64,000 bases of DNA from Escherichia coli (GCF_016026235.1 NZ_CP065613.1), one strand, 5' to 3'; shown: positions 41,061 to 52,389, numbered from the stretch's first letter. Made by a program: numbers and translations. The notes: a model not told the origin generated them from the letters alone.

Positions 41061-43251
41061 GGTTAATGGCCTGCGAAAAGGCAGCTGAATCTCTTCATCA
41101 TGCAGAACGGAATTGCACACAACGGACTGATACTTCTCTGGCGGATGAGAGAGGGGAAGCATTTATGTCCGGGAAAAACCACTTTATCTGACCATGCTGT
41201 TTTGTACCTGCCGGTATCCACATTTGTGGGTACCGGCTTTTTTATTCACCCTCTGTAAGGAAAAGCTGATGAAACGACATCTGAACACCAGCTACAGGCT
41301 GGTATGGAATCACATTACGGGCACCCTGGTGGTGGCTTCCGAACTGGCGCGCTCACGGGGAAAACGCACCGGTGTGGCGGTTGCGCTGTCTCTTGCTGCT
41401 GTCACGTCAGTCCCGGTACTGGCTGCTGACACGGTCGTACAGGCGGGAGAAACCGTGAGCGGCGGAACACTGACAAATCATGACAACCAGATTGTCTTCG
41501 GTACGGCCAACGGAATGACCATCAGTACCGGTCTGGAGTATGGGCCGGATAACGAGGCCAATACCGGCGGACAATGGATACAAAATGGCGGTATCGCCAA
41601 CAACACTACTGTCACCGGTGGTGGTCTTCAGAGAGTGAATGCTGGAGGAAGCGTTTCAGACACGGTTATCAGTGCCGGAGGCGGACAGAGCCTTCAGGGG
41701 CAGGCAGTGAACACCACTCTGAACGGCGGTGAGCAGTGGGTACATGAAGGCGGGATTGCAACGGTTACCGTCATTAATGAGAAGGGCTGGCAGGCCGTCA
41801 AATCCGGCGCAATGGCAACCGACACGGTTGTGAATACCGGCGCGGAAGGGGGACCGGATGCAGAAAATGGTGATACCGGGCAGACCGTCTACGGAGATGC
41901 CGTACGCACCACCATCAATAAAAATGGTCGTCAGATTGTGGCTGCTGAAGGAACGGCAAATACCACTGTGGTTTATGCCGGCGGCGACCAGACTGTACAT
42001 GGTCACGCACTGGATACCACGCTGAATGGGGGGTACCAGTATGTGCACAACGGCGGTACGGCGTCTGGCACTGTTGTAAACAGTGACGGCTGGCAGATTA
42101 TCAAGGAAGGTGGTCTGGCGGATTTCACCACCGTTAACCAGAAAGGCAAACTGCAGGTGAACGCCGGTGGTACCGCCACACATGTCACCCTGAAACAGGG
42201 TGGAGCACTGGTTACCAGTACTGCGGCAACGGTTCTTGGCAGCAACCGTTTGGGCAATTTCACGGTGGAAAACGGTAAGGCTGACGGCGTTGTTCTGGAG
42301 TCCGGCGGTCGCCTAGATGTACTGGAAGGCCATTCAGCGCAGAAAACACGGGTGGATGACGGCGGAACCCTGGCAGTGTCTGCCGGTGGTAAGGCAACAG
42401 GTGTCACCATGACATCCGGTGGTGCCCTGATTGCAGACAGTGGTGCCACTGTTGAGGGGACCAATGCCAGCGGTAAGTTCAGTATTGATGGCATATCCGG
42501 TCAGGCCAGCGGCCTGCTGCTGGAAAATGGCGGCAGCTTTACGGTTAATGCCGGGGGACAGGCCAGCAACACCACTGTCGGACATCGTGGAACACTGATG
42601 CTGGCTGCCGGGGGAAGTCTGAGTGGCAGAACACAGCTCAGTAAAGGCGCCAGCATGGTACTGAATGGTGATGTGGTCAGTACCGGCGATATTGTTAACG
42701 CAGGGGAGATTTACTTTGACAATCAGACAACACCGGATGCCGTACTGAGCCGTGCTGTTGCAAAAGGCAACGCCCCGGTAACGTTCCATAAACTGACAAC
42801 CAGTAACCTCACCGGTCAGGGTGGCACCATCAATATGCGTGTTCGCCTTGATGGCAGCAATGCCTCTGACCAGCTGGTGATTAATGGTGGTCAGGCAACC
42901 GGCAAAACCTGGCTTGCGTTTACAAATGTCGGAAACAGCAACCTCGGGGTGGCAACCACCGGACAGGGTATCCGGGTTGTGGATGCACAGAATGGCGCCA
43001 CCACAGAAGAAGGTGCGTTTGCCCTGAGTCGCCCGCTTCAGGCCGGCGCCTTTAACTACACCCTGAACCGTGACAGCGATGAAGACTGGTACCTGCGCAG
43101 TGAAAATGCTTATCGTGCTGAAGTCCCCCTGTATACATCCATGTTGACACAGGCAATGGACTATGATGCGTATTACCGTGAAGGAGATCGGTGAGTAACA
43201 TCGATGGAGATCGGTTCGTGTCACTTTCACAGAACCGTTTTTAAATTACCT

Positions 43252-44001
43252 TCACTGATCTCCTTCGGTCAACGGAGATTGTATTTTCCGCATTGATTCT
43301 CCTTTAAGTTCAATCTTGATACTGCCATGAACCAGTCGATCTAGGATGGCATCCGCATGTGTGGAGTCTCCGATCATTTTGTACCAGTTTTCCACCGGCA
43401 ACTGGCTCACTACGATGATTGAGCCTCGTTGGTACATCAGATCCACTATTTCCAGCAGGTCGCTACGCTGTTCTGATGAGAGAGGTTCCAGCCCCCAGTC
43501 ATCCAGAAGCAGCAGATCGCTATTATTCAGCCTAGTCAAAAGTTTGCTGTATCTTCCATCAGCATGCCCCTGATAGCACTGTTCCATCAGCGCTTTAAGG
43601 CGATAATAGTAGACCTTGTATCCCTGTCGGCAGGCATTATGACCAAGTGCACATGCCAGGAACGTTTTACCGCTGCCGGTGGCCCCGGTCAGTAAAATAT
43701 TTTGTTTCAGGGTTAACCAGTTTCCCTGACTGAGTGAACGGATGAGGGCCCTGTCCAGCCCTCTATTGTTACGATAATCCAGCTTTGATAACTCAGCATT
43801 AAGTCTGAACCGTGCATGTTTGATCAGACGCTCTGCCTTCCTGTTTTCACGGCAGGTTAGTTCTTCTGCTGTCAGTAATGACAGGCGTTCTTCGAAGCCC
43901 AGCTCCTGGTATGTGCCCGGCTGAGCAAGTTGCTTTTTAAGCGCATCACGGAAGCCGGTGAGTTTAAGTGCGGTCAGTTGTTCGTAAAGATGATTCATCA
44001 T
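43252..44001 (-). CDS. istB: IS21-family helper ATPase IstB
   Basis: Walker A GATGSGKT; 249 aa. Confidence 0.8.
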   Translation of the reverse strand: MMNHLYEQLTALKLTGFRDALKKQLAQPGTYQELGFEERLSLLTAEELTCRENRKAERLIKHARFRLNAELSKLDYRNNRGLDRALIRSLSQGNWLTLKQNILLTGATGSGKTFLACALGHNACRQGYKVYYYRLKALMEQCYQGHADGRYSKLLTRLNNSDLLLLDDWGLEPLSSEQRSDLLEIVDLMYQRGSIIVVSQLPVENWYKMIGDSTHADAILDRLVHGSIKIELKGESMRKIQSPLTEGDQ

Positions 44002-44012
44002 TGGATCCCGTA

Positions 44013-45533
44013 TCAGTGGTAATACTCACTGCCGCGTACGTTTTCGTGTTCCATCGTGGATAACAGATCTGGTTTTGGATCCTGAACAGGTTGTTTATCC
44101 AGACCTTTTTCCAGGATCGATTTAATACCTGACAGACGCCATACCTTTGTTTTCAGAGCTCTTGCACATGCTGCATTAAGTCTGGCTTTACTGTATTTTT
44201 TATGAAGGTTCAGGAGTCCAAGGCAGAAGCGATAGCTTTGTTCCGGATGTGGACGAGAGTTCAGTATATGAAGCACATAACTATGAGTTTCACTGCCTAT
44301 GTGCCCCGCCCATTCCAGAAGACGCTCTGGCGTCCAGGTGGCATGCTGTCGATGAGCTTCAGGCATGTGCTCGTTGCGGGTACTGTAGCCATAAGTACGC
44401 TTGCGCGGGTGCACAGCAACCTCCTGCCCCTGATTGAAGAGTCTTACCAGTTCTCCGGAGATCCATGCTTCCAGTTGCTGGCCTAACAGCGAACATGGAA
44501 CCGAGTAGTAATGTTTGTCGATTTCCACGTGGTAATCGGCATGAACTCTGACTTTCTTCACCAGGGTGTAACTGTAACTGGCTTCAGGAAGAGGCTTCAG
44601 TGCGGGTTTATCAAGCTGGATGAAGAGTTCTGCACGTGAATAACCCAACTTCTGCATTATTTTGTTATTCAGTCTTTCCAGCAACTCCCGAATGCGCTGA
44701 TTAAGCGATGCAAGGCTGTAGAAGATCTCATGCCTGATTCGGGCCATGATCCAGCGTTCAACAACCTGAACGCCAACTTCAGCTTTGGCTTTATCTTTCG
44801 GTTTACGTGGCCGCGCAGGCAAAACTGCGACATTATAATGCTCAAGCATCTGCTGGTAGGTAGGGTTAACGTCAGGATCATACTTACATGCCCTGGATGT
44901 GGCGCTTTTCAGATTGTCCGGAACAACAAGTTCAGGAACGCCACCCAACCACTGGAAGCAGCGAACATGACTCATCACCCAGTCTTCAAGCTGCTGAGAC
45001 CAGGTGGCCTCTGCCCATGTGTAACTTGATGCCCCGAGAACAGCTACGATGACCTGAGCAGTTCTTATTTCTCCGGTCTCAGGGTCGGTAACGCCAACGG
45101 TAGGTCCACAGTAATCAACGAAAAGTTTTTCGCCAGCTTTATGTACCTGACGCATTGATGGTGAAGTGGTTTTGAGCCATTCACGGTACATCCGGCAGTA
45201 ATGGTTATAGCTGTAAAAACCGCCTGGATTACGCTCACAGTATTCTTCCCAGAGTAGCTGCAGCGTCACGCATTTATTACGCAGTTCCCAGTGTACTGTA
45301 GCCCAGTCAGGCAGAGAGTGCTTCTTCATCTTAACCTGGGTCTGAAGGAACGCATGTTTTAGTTTTGTATCATCCCATCCTGTAGGTAAGGGCCACTGCT
45401 TTATGCCAAGTTGAGCCGCCCGATTAGCATATCTGGATACAACGGAAGGGGAGATTGCAAGACTACGACCAATTTGTCGATGGCTGAGTCCAACACCGTA
45501 TTTAAGCCTAAGAATTTCTTTAAGTTTTCTCAT
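44013..45533 (-). CDS. istA: IS21-family transposase IstA
   Basis: HTH plus DDE domain; about 50% similar to the IstA of copy 1. Confidence 0.8.
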   Translation of the reverse strand: MRKLKEILRLKYGVGLSHRQIGRSLAISPSVVSRYANRAAQLGIKQWPLPTGWDDTKLKHAFLQTQVKMKKHSLPDWATVHWELRNKCVTLQLLWEEYCERNPGGFYSYNHYCRMYREWLKTTSPSMRQVHKAGEKLFVDYCGPTVGVTDPETGEIRTAQVIVAVLGASSYTWAEATWSQQLEDWVMSHVRCFQWLGGVPELVVPDNLKSATSRACKYDPDVNPTYQQMLEHYNVAVLPARPRKPKDKAKAEVGVQVVERWIMARIRHEIFYSLASLNQRIRELLERLNNKIMQKLGYSRAELFIQLDKPALKPLPEASYSYTLVKKVRVHADYHVEIDKHYYSVPCSLLGQQLEAWISGELVRLFNQGQEVAVHPRKRTYGYSTRNEHMPEAHRQHATWTPERLLEWAGHIGSETHSYVLHILNSRPHPEQSYRFCLGLLNLHKKYSKARLNAACARALKTKVWRLSGIKSILEKGLDKQPVQDPKPDLLSTMEHENVRGSEYYH

Positions 45534-46724
45534 AGAAATTGGAACTGTTGGCATAGGTATCCTTTACCGGAATGGCAAAAGATACAGATCAACACACCTG
45601 TGAAGTTCCAATAACATTGATGGAGATCACTGAATAACAAAATGAGTCAAAAGTGATCTCCATCGATGTTATTCAGCGATCTGTTCAAATGTTATTACCC
45701 GATCTCGATGGAAGTTATTGAGTGATCTCCTTTCATGAAAATACGCACTATGACCGGATTCTGGCAGGCTCCCGCAGCCATCAGACCGGTGTAAACGGTG
45801 AAAATAACAGCGTCCGTCTCAGCATTCAGGGCGGTCATCTCGGTCACGATAACAACGGCGGTATTGCCCGTGGAGCCACGCCGGAAAGCAGCGGCAGCTA
45901 TGGCTTCGTCCGTCTGGAGGGTGACCTGCTGAGAACAGAGGTTGCCGGTATGTCTCTGACGACAGGGGTGTATGGTGCCGCAGGCCATTCTTCCGTTGAT
46001 GTTAAGGATGATGACGGTTCCCGCGCCGGCACGGTCCGGGATGATGCCGGCAGCCTGGGCGGATACCTGAATCTGACACACACGTCCTCCGGCCTGTGGG
46101 CTGACATTGTGGCACAGGGAACCCGCCACAGCATGAAAGCGTCATCGGACAATAACGACTTCCGCGCCCGGGGCTGGGGCTGGCTGGGCTCACTGGAAAC
46201 CGGTCTGCCCTTCAGTATCACTGACAACCTGATGCTGGAGCCACAACTGCAGTACACCTGGCAGGGGCTCTCCCTGGATGACGGCCAGGATAACGCCGGT
46301 TATGTGAAGTTCGGGCATGGCAGTACACAACATGTGCGTGCCGGTTTCCGTCTGGGCAGCCACAACGATATGACCTTTGGTGAAGGCACCTCATCCCGTG
46401 ACACCCTGCGCGACAGTACAAAACACGGTGTGAGTGAACTGCCTGTGAACTGGTGGGTACAGCCTTCTGTTATCCGCACTTTCAGCTCCCGGGGTGACAT
46501 GAGCATGGGTACAGCCGCCGCCGGCAGTAACATGACGTTCTCACCGTCCCGGAATGGCACGTCACTGGACCTGCAGGCCGGACTGGAAGCCCGTGTCCGG
46601 GAAAATATCACCCTGGGCGTTCAGGCCGGTTATGCCCACAGCGTCAGCGGCAGCAGCGCTGAAGGTTATAACGGTCAGGCCACGCTGAATGTGACTTTCT
46701 GATAATCAGGTCACTCTCCTTCAG

Positions 46725-46751
46725 GCCCCGGTCATCATGACCGGGGCTTTT
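46725..46751 (+). terminator. Terminator after flu
   Basis: Hairpin ccccggtcatcatgaccgggg followed by cttttt. Confidence 0.45.
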
Positions 46752-47085
46752 TACTTTCAGGGAGCAACAGATATGCCGGGTTGTACATCACGTTTATTGC
46801 CCGAAGGCCCTTTCTCACGCGAACAGGCTGTTGCCGTCAAAACAGCTTACCGCAATGTGTTTACTGAAGATGACTAGGGAACATATTCCCGGCTGGTTAT
46901 CCGTAATGCTGAAGGTCAGTTGCGCTGGTGATGCCGGAACACAGCTTAATACTCAGCTCGCCAGTTAAGGGCTTCTCAGACAATAAACGTCATTCATTTC
47001 ATCTGTCAGGCCGCGTCTTCTCCGGGAGACGTGGCTTTTTCATTTATTACACCAGTAAATCTTAACCACCGATAAGGAGCAAATT

Positions 47086-47904
47086 ATGCGACTAGCCAGT
47101 CGTTTTGGTTATACGAACCAGATACGCCGTGACCGTCCGCTGACACACGAAGAACTGATGCACTATGTTCCCAGTATTTTCGGTGAAGACCGGCATACTT
47201 CCCGCAGTAAACGATATGCGTACATTCCCACCATCACCGTACTGGAAAGCCTGCAGCGGGAAGGCTTTCAGCCATTCTTCGCCTGCCAGACCCGTGTGCG
47301 CGACCCGGGCCGCCGGGGATACACAAAACATATGCTGCGTCTGCGGCGGGCCGGAGAGATAAACGGAGAACATGTCCCTGAAATCATTCTGCTCAACTCC
47401 CATGACGGTACCTCCAGCTACCAGATGCTGCCGGGTTACTTCAGGTTCGTCTGTCAGAACGGATGCGTCTGTGGTCAGTCTCTGGGGGAAGTGCGTGTTC
47501 CGCACCGGGGAAATGTGGTGGAGAAAGTTATCGAAGGGGCTTACGAGGTGGTGGGCGTGTTTGACCGGATAGAGGAGAAGCGTGATGCCATGCAGTCGCT
47601 GGTCCTGCCGCCACCGGCACGCCAGGCGCTGGCACAGGCGGCACTGACTTACCGTTATGGTGACGAACATCAGCCCGTCACCACCGCCGACATTCTGACG
47701 CCACGACGCCGGGAGGATTACGGTAAGGACCTGTGGAGTGCTTATCAGACCATCCAGGAGAATATGCTGAAAGGCGGGATTTCCGGTCGCAGTGCAAAAG
47801 GAAAACGTATCCATACCCGGGCCATTCACAGCATTGATACCGACATTAAGCTCAATCGCGCATTGTGGGTGATGGCAGAAACGATGCTGGAGAGCCTGCG
47901 CTGA
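47086..47904 (+). CDS. DUF932-family protein (YfjQ/YafZ-like)
   Basis: 272-aa product MRLASRFGYTNQIRRDRPLTHEELMHYVPSIFGEDRHTSRS...; recognised from memory as the CP4-type DUF932 family. Confidence 0.65.
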   Translation: MRLASRFGYTNQIRRDRPLTHEELMHYVPSIFGEDRHTSRSKRYAYIPTITVLESLQREGFQPFFACQTRVRDPGRRGYTKHMLRLRRAGEINGEHVPEIILLNSHDGTSSYQMLPGYFRFVCQNGCVCGQSLGEVRVPHRGNVVEKVIEGAYEVVGVFDRIEEKRDAMQSLVLPPPARQALAQAALTYRYGDEHQPVTTADILTPRRREDYGKDLWSAYQTIQENMLKGGISGRSAKGKRIHTRAIHSIDTDIKLNRALWVMAETMLESLR

Positions 47905-47985
47905 TGCCGTTTCCCTGAGTGAGGGAATCATTCAGCTTTCGTTCCTGAAAAACACACATTTATTTGTTATTTAAGGAGTTATCTC

Positions 47986-48465
47986 ATGAAAAGCGTTTCT
48001 CAGAATACCCCCACAATTTATTCAGCTACAACACCAGAGAATAATCCGCCTCAGTTTGTTGCCAGCCTCGTCCCTGATGAACAGCGCATCAGCTTCTGGC
48101 CGCAGCACTTTGGCCTCATTCCACAGTGGGTGACCCTGGAGCCCCGTGTCTTCGGCTGGATGGACCGTCTGTGCGAAGACTACTGCGGTGGTATCTGGAA
48201 TCTGTACACCCTGAACAACGGCGGGGCATTTATGGCACCCGAACCGGATGACGATGATGACGAAACATGGGTACTGTTCAATGCCATGAACGGTAACCGC
48301 GCTGAAATGAGCCCGGAAGCCGCCGGTATTGCCGCCTGTCTGATGACGTACAGTCATCATGCCTGTCGTATGGAGAATTATGCCATGACGGTCCATTATT
48401 ACCGGTTGCGGGATTACGCCCTGCAGCATCCGGAATGCAGCGCCATTATGCGCATCATCGACTGA
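47986..48465 (+). CDS. Antirestriction protein (KlcA/ArdB-like, YfjX/YafX family)
   Basis: 159-aa acidic protein (…APEPDDDDDETWVLFNAMNG…) in the position and of the size typical for CP4 antirestriction proteins. Confidence 0.6.
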   Translation: MKSVSQNTPTIYSATTPENNPPQFVASLVPDEQRISFWPQHFGLIPQWVTLEPRVFGWMDRLCEDYCGGIWNLYTLNNGGAFMAPEPDDDDDETWVLFNAMNGNRAEMSPEAAGIAACLMTYSHHACRMENYAMTVHYYRLRDYALQHPECSAIMRIID

Positions 48466-48480
48466 ATGGAGAGAAGCACA

Positions 48481-48957
48481 ATGCAACAACTTTCCTTTCT
48501 GCCCGGAGAGATGACGCCCGGCGAGCGCAGCCTCATTCAACGGGCCCTGAAAACCCTGGACCGCCATCTTCATGAACCCGGCGTGGCCTTCACCTCCACC
48601 CGGGCGGCACGGGAATGGCTGATTCTGAACATGGCGGGACTGGAGCGTGAAGAGTTCCGGGTGCTGTATCTGAACAACCAGAATCAGCTGATTGCCGGTG
48701 AAACCCTCTTCACCGGCACCATCAACCGCACGGAAGTCCATCCCCGGGAAGTGATTAAACGCGCCCTGTACCACAATGCCGCTGCCGTGGTACTGGCACA
48801 CAATCACCCGTCCGGTGAAGTCACACCCAGTAAGGCAGACCGGCTTATCACCGAACGTCTGGTACAGGCACTGGGCCTGGTGGATATCCGGGTGCCGGAC
48901 CATCTGATAGTCGGTGGCAACCAGGTTTTCTCCTTTGCCGAACATGGTCTGCTTTAA
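48481..48957 (+). CDS. yeeS: RadC-like JAB-domain protein
   Basis: JAMM-like motif HNHPSGEVTPSKAD and RadC-family layout. Confidence 0.75.
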   Translation: MQQLSFLPGEMTPGERSLIQRALKTLDRHLHEPGVAFTSTRAAREWLILNMAGLEREEFRVLYLNNQNQLIAGETLFTGTINRTEVHPREVIKRALYHNAAAVVLAHNHPSGEVTPSKADRLITERLVQALGLVDIRVPDHLIVGGNQVFSFAEHGLL

Positions 48958-49019
48958 CCCGTCACAACCACATCACACCTGTTTTCACTTTTATCTTCTG
49001 TCTTCAGAGGTATCCCATT

Positions 49020-49241
49020 ATGAAAATTATCACCCGTGGTGAAGCCATGCGTATTCACCAACAACATCCGACATCCCGTCTTTTTCCGTTCTGTACCGGC
49101 AAATACCGCTGGCACGGCAGTGCTGAAGCGTATACCGGTCGTGAAGTGCAGGATATTCCCGGTGTGCTGGCCGTGTTTGCAGAACGCCGTAAGGACAGTT
49201 TTGGTCCGTATGTCCGGCTGATGAGCGTCACCCTGAACTGA
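49020..49241 (+). CDS. yeeT: DUF987 protein YeeT
   Basis: 73-aa product MKIITRGEAMRIHQQHPTSRLFPFCTGKYRWHG...; recognised as YeeT. Confidence 0.8.
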   Translation: MKIITRGEAMRIHQQHPTSRLFPFCTGKYRWHGSAEAYTGREVQDIPGVLAVFAERRKDSFGPYVRLMSVTLN

Positions 49242-49403
49242 TGTTCCGTCACCCGGAAAACGAGTACGACTGGCTGAGCTCAGACGCCGCTGTGGATGAG
49301 GTCCTGCTCATCAACGAATACACCTTTACCGAAGCCGGTCTGCGCGCCGGCTGACCCGTCATCGTTAAACTATCATTCACCGATTTTCTGTGAGGATTTT
49401 ATC

Positions 49404-49772
49404 GTGTCAGACACACTTTCCGGGACAACGCATCCCGATGACAATGACGACCATCCCTGGTGGGGACTACCCTGCACAGTGACGCCCTGTTTCGGCGCCC
49501 GTCTGGTGCAGGAGGGTAACCGGTTGCATTACCTTGCCGACCGTGCCGGTATCAGAGGCCGGTTCAGAGATGCGGATGCGTACCCTCTGGACCAGGCCTT
49601 TCCGCTGCTGATGAAACAACTGAAATTAATGCTCACCAGTGGTGAACTGAATCCCCGCCATCAGCATACCGTGACACTGTATGCGAAGGGGCTGACCTGT
49701 GAAGCCGACACCCTCGGCTCCTGTGGTTACGTTTATCTGGCTGTTTATCCGACACCTGAAACGAAAAAGTAA
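49404..49772 (+). CDS. cbeA: Type IV antitoxin CbeA (YeeU)
   Basis: 122-aa product with GTG start (VSDTLSGTTHPDDNDDHPWWGLPCTVTPCFGARLVQEGNRLHYLADRAG...). Confidence 0.85.
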   Translation: MSDTLSGTTHPDDNDDHPWWGLPCTVTPCFGARLVQEGNRLHYLADRAGIRGRFRDADAYPLDQAFPLLMKQLKLMLTSGELNPRHQHTVTLYAKGLTCEADTLGSCGYVYLAVYPTPETKK

Positions 49773-49861
49773 ACCACCAGAATAACCTTCTGCTCCGGCC
49801 TGGTGTTTTCACCACGCCACTGTCCCATTTTTTATCTCTGCATATCAGGAAAATCTTCAGT

Positions 49862-50239
49862 ATGAAAACATTACCCGACACGCATGTACGGGAGGTATCG
49901 TGCTGCCCGTCTCTCGTCACCATCTGGCAGACACTGCTCACCCGACTGCTGGACCAGCACTACGGCCTTACGCTGAATGACACACCGTTCGCTGATGAAC
50001 GTGTGATTGAACAGCATATTGAGGCAGGCATTTCACTGTGTGACGCGGTGAACTTTCTCGTTGTAAAATACGCGCTGGTACGTACCGACCAGTCGGGATT
50101 CAGCGCCTGTACCCACTCTCAGTTAATAAACAGCATCGATATCCTCCGAGCTCGCCGGGCAACAGGCCTGATGACCCGCGACAATTACAGAACGGTAAAT
50201 AACATTACCCTGGGGAAGCATCCGGAGGCGAAACGATGA
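49862..50239 (+). CDS. cbtA: Type IV toxin CbtA (YeeV), cytoskeleton-targeting
   Basis: 125-aa product MKTLPDTHVREVSCCPSLVTIWQTLLTRLLDQHYGLTLNDTPF... Confidence 0.85.
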   Translation: MKTLPDTHVREVSCCPSLVTIWQTLLTRLLDQHYGLTLNDTPFADERVIEQHIEAGISLCDAVNFLVVKYALVRTDQSGFSACTHSQLINSIDILRARRATGLMTRDNYRTVNNITLGKHPEAKR

Positions 50240-50439
50240 AACTGGCCCTGACGCTGGAAGCCGACAGCGTTAACGTGCAGGCGCTGAACATGGGGCGCAT
50301 TGTCGTTGACGTCGATGGTGTTAATCTCGCTGAACTGATTAACAAGGTCGCTGAAAACGGTGATTCACTCCGCGTGGTGGATGAACGTGACTCTACCGAA
50401 ACACCGGCAACTTATGCCAGCCCTCACCAGTTGCTGTAA
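50236..50439 (+). CDS. yeeW: Small CP4-type protein YeeW
   Basis: 67-aa ORF overlapping the cbtA stop by 4 nt (ATGA). Confidence 0.7.
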   Translation: MKLALTLEADSVNVQALNMGRIVVDVDGVNLAELINKVAENGDSLRVVDERDSTETPATYASPHQLL

Positions 50440-50713
50440 GACAATGCAGTGATACAGGGTATAGTGCCATTAACCACAGAAACAGCACTGTTGTCCTGTA
50501 TTAAGCAGGCAAGAGAAGATGTCCTTACCCTGCGCCATCTGCAGCTTCTGCACCAGAACCAGTGAATCTCACTCAACAGGCTTCATTTCCCCTGACGCCA
50601 GCCTGAATACAGCTGGCGTTTTCATTTATAAACAGAAAGGAAAACCGATAATAATGGAATGGACGCCCCTACCATGAAGCAACGGTAGGATATTACTGAT
50701 AAACCTTCCAGTG

Positions 50714-51752
50714 GAGGTGCGTTATGGCCGTTTTAACGATTAGCATTGACCTGACAAAAAATGAATTCCAAATCCACGGTCTGGGTAGGAACAGAAAAAT
50801 CTAAGCTCAGAAAACGGATTAAACGTTCCCTGATGCCCGTATTCTTCGCGAATATGTCTTCCTGTCGGATTGGGATGGAGGTCTGCGCCGGAGCGCGTCA
50901 TTAGTGAGAATGCTGTCTACTTAGGGGCATAATGTCAGACTAATGCCCGCGATTTGTAAAGCCATATGTGAAAACAAACAAGAATGATATGGCTGCTGCC
51001 GAGGCCATCTGTGAAGCCGTTACCCGACCTAATATGCGGTTTGTCAGCATCAAGACGCCTGAGCAGTAGTCATTACTGTCTTTTCATCGTGCCCAAACGG
51101 GATTTGTTAAATCAAGGACTGCGCAGATAAACCAGATCAGAGGATTACTGGCTGAATTTGGCATCGTTCTCCCGCCCGACATTGTAGCATTCAGTCGTCA
51201 TGTCCCTGCCCTGCTTGAAGACGCGGAAAACTGTTTAACAATGCCGTTCAGACAGCTGTCGTCCTATCTCTAATGAAAATGTGTAACAACTGAGCGTACA
51301 CATTGAAACCATAGAAGCCGTGAGCAACGAACACGTCGGGAACGACGAACTGTGCAGGAAAATTGCCACCATTTCGGGGATTGCTATTCTTACCACCACT
51401 GCAATTGTCAGCACCGGGTAGTATCGGCTTCAAAAACCGGCGTCAGCTTGCTGCATGGCTTGGACTGGTTCCCCGACAGTGCTTCAGCGTAGGTAAAAAC
51501 ACGCTGGGGTCTATCAGTAAACAGGACGATGTCTATATCAGAACGCTACTGTTCCATGGTGCGAAGACAGTGTCAAACGCCAGAAAGGGCAGACAGGTCC
51601 AGGAAAGTTGGCTGGGCAGACCAGTCTCGCGGCGGAATAAAAATGTTGCCACCGTAGCGCTGAACAACAAAAATGCCAGAGTGCTCTGGGTATTGCTAAC
51701 CAACGATAAAGAGATTTCACCAGAAGAAGTGATGGTAGCTGCATATATGTAA
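50714..51752 (+). pseudogene. Degraded IS110-family transposase (yoeD-like remnant)
   Basis: N-terminal stub MAVLTISIDLTKNEFQIHGLG and C-terminal segment ...RQLAAWLGLVPRQCFSVGKNTLGSISKQDDVYIRTLLFHGAKTV..., separated by frameshifts and stops. Confidence 0.6.
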
Positions 51753-52189
51753 ATGAAACTACTTCTGTCTGTTGAAAAATAAAACCAACCTACTGATTGC
51801 TAAGGATAAACAAGTATTAAAGGCCAGACTGATAAGACCGCGACTAAGTGAACCTGTATCTGACATTGCATAGCTTCGCTAATGTGTCAATCATGATTAG
51901 GACTAAATCTGTGAATTCCTTTAGGAAGCACGGACACAGGCCAATCTGAGTCCATATGTATGATTGGAATCTTACACAGATGACTTTTTGACACGGGGAC
52001 TTGGCAAACAGGGGCGACCATGTATGTCAGATATGACAATCTCACTTCCGAAAGAAGTCAACGGGCACGTTATCTGTTCAACCAGAATCCGACACATTCT
52101 GGCTATACGAAAGAGCATACTTATGCAAATCTATATGCTTTTCCGGCAACAAGCAGGAATCTCAGCGCTGAGGCAGGAATTAGAGGTAA

Positions 52190-52389
52190 AAACGCCCTAC
52201 CGGGCCATGAATCACCCGGTCATTGGAGTAGTAACCAAAGCAGATTTAGCCAGCATGGAACACATATCTTTGGTGAAATGTTGGTTACGGGAAGCTGGAG
52301 CGCACAACGTGTTAGTAACCAGTGCGGTTAATAACAATGGAGTTACAGAACTTTTTGCCTTGCTGCATACAGAAGAAGGCTGTTGCTAA
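52190..52389 (+). pseudogene. Remnant resembling the C-terminus of a EutP/PduV-type GTPase (yoeF-like)
   Basis: Translation PVIGVVTKADLASMEHISLVKCWLREAGAHNVLVTSAVNNNGVTELFAL; no intact N-terminal part. Confidence 0.35.

Larger units (their letters stand above)
43167..45747 (-). mobile_element. IS21-family insertion sequence (copy 2, a distinct family member) inside flu
   Basis: Termini TGCGTATTACCGTGAAGGAGATCGG and, on the other strand, TGCGTATTTTCATGAAAGGAGATCAC, with internal gatggagatc-type repeats. Flanking direct repeat CTATGA at 43161-43166 and 45748-45753. Confidence 0.75.
41269..46702 (+). pseudogene. flu: Antigen 43 autotransporter adhesin, interrupted by an IS21-family element
   Basis: Signal peptide plus passenger domain (41269-43166) and beta-barrel translocator domain (45748-46702) are separated by the IS at 43167-45747. 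The junction is at the codons for ...LTQAMDYD / RILAGSRSHQ... Confidence 0.85.

Noticed and set aside
41656-43230. Minus-strand ORFs of 163-298 codons overlapping the flu passenger domain
   Set aside because: They lie antisense to a clearly recognisable Ag43 coding sequence in a GC-rich, Gly/Thr-codon-rich region and are treated as spurious.
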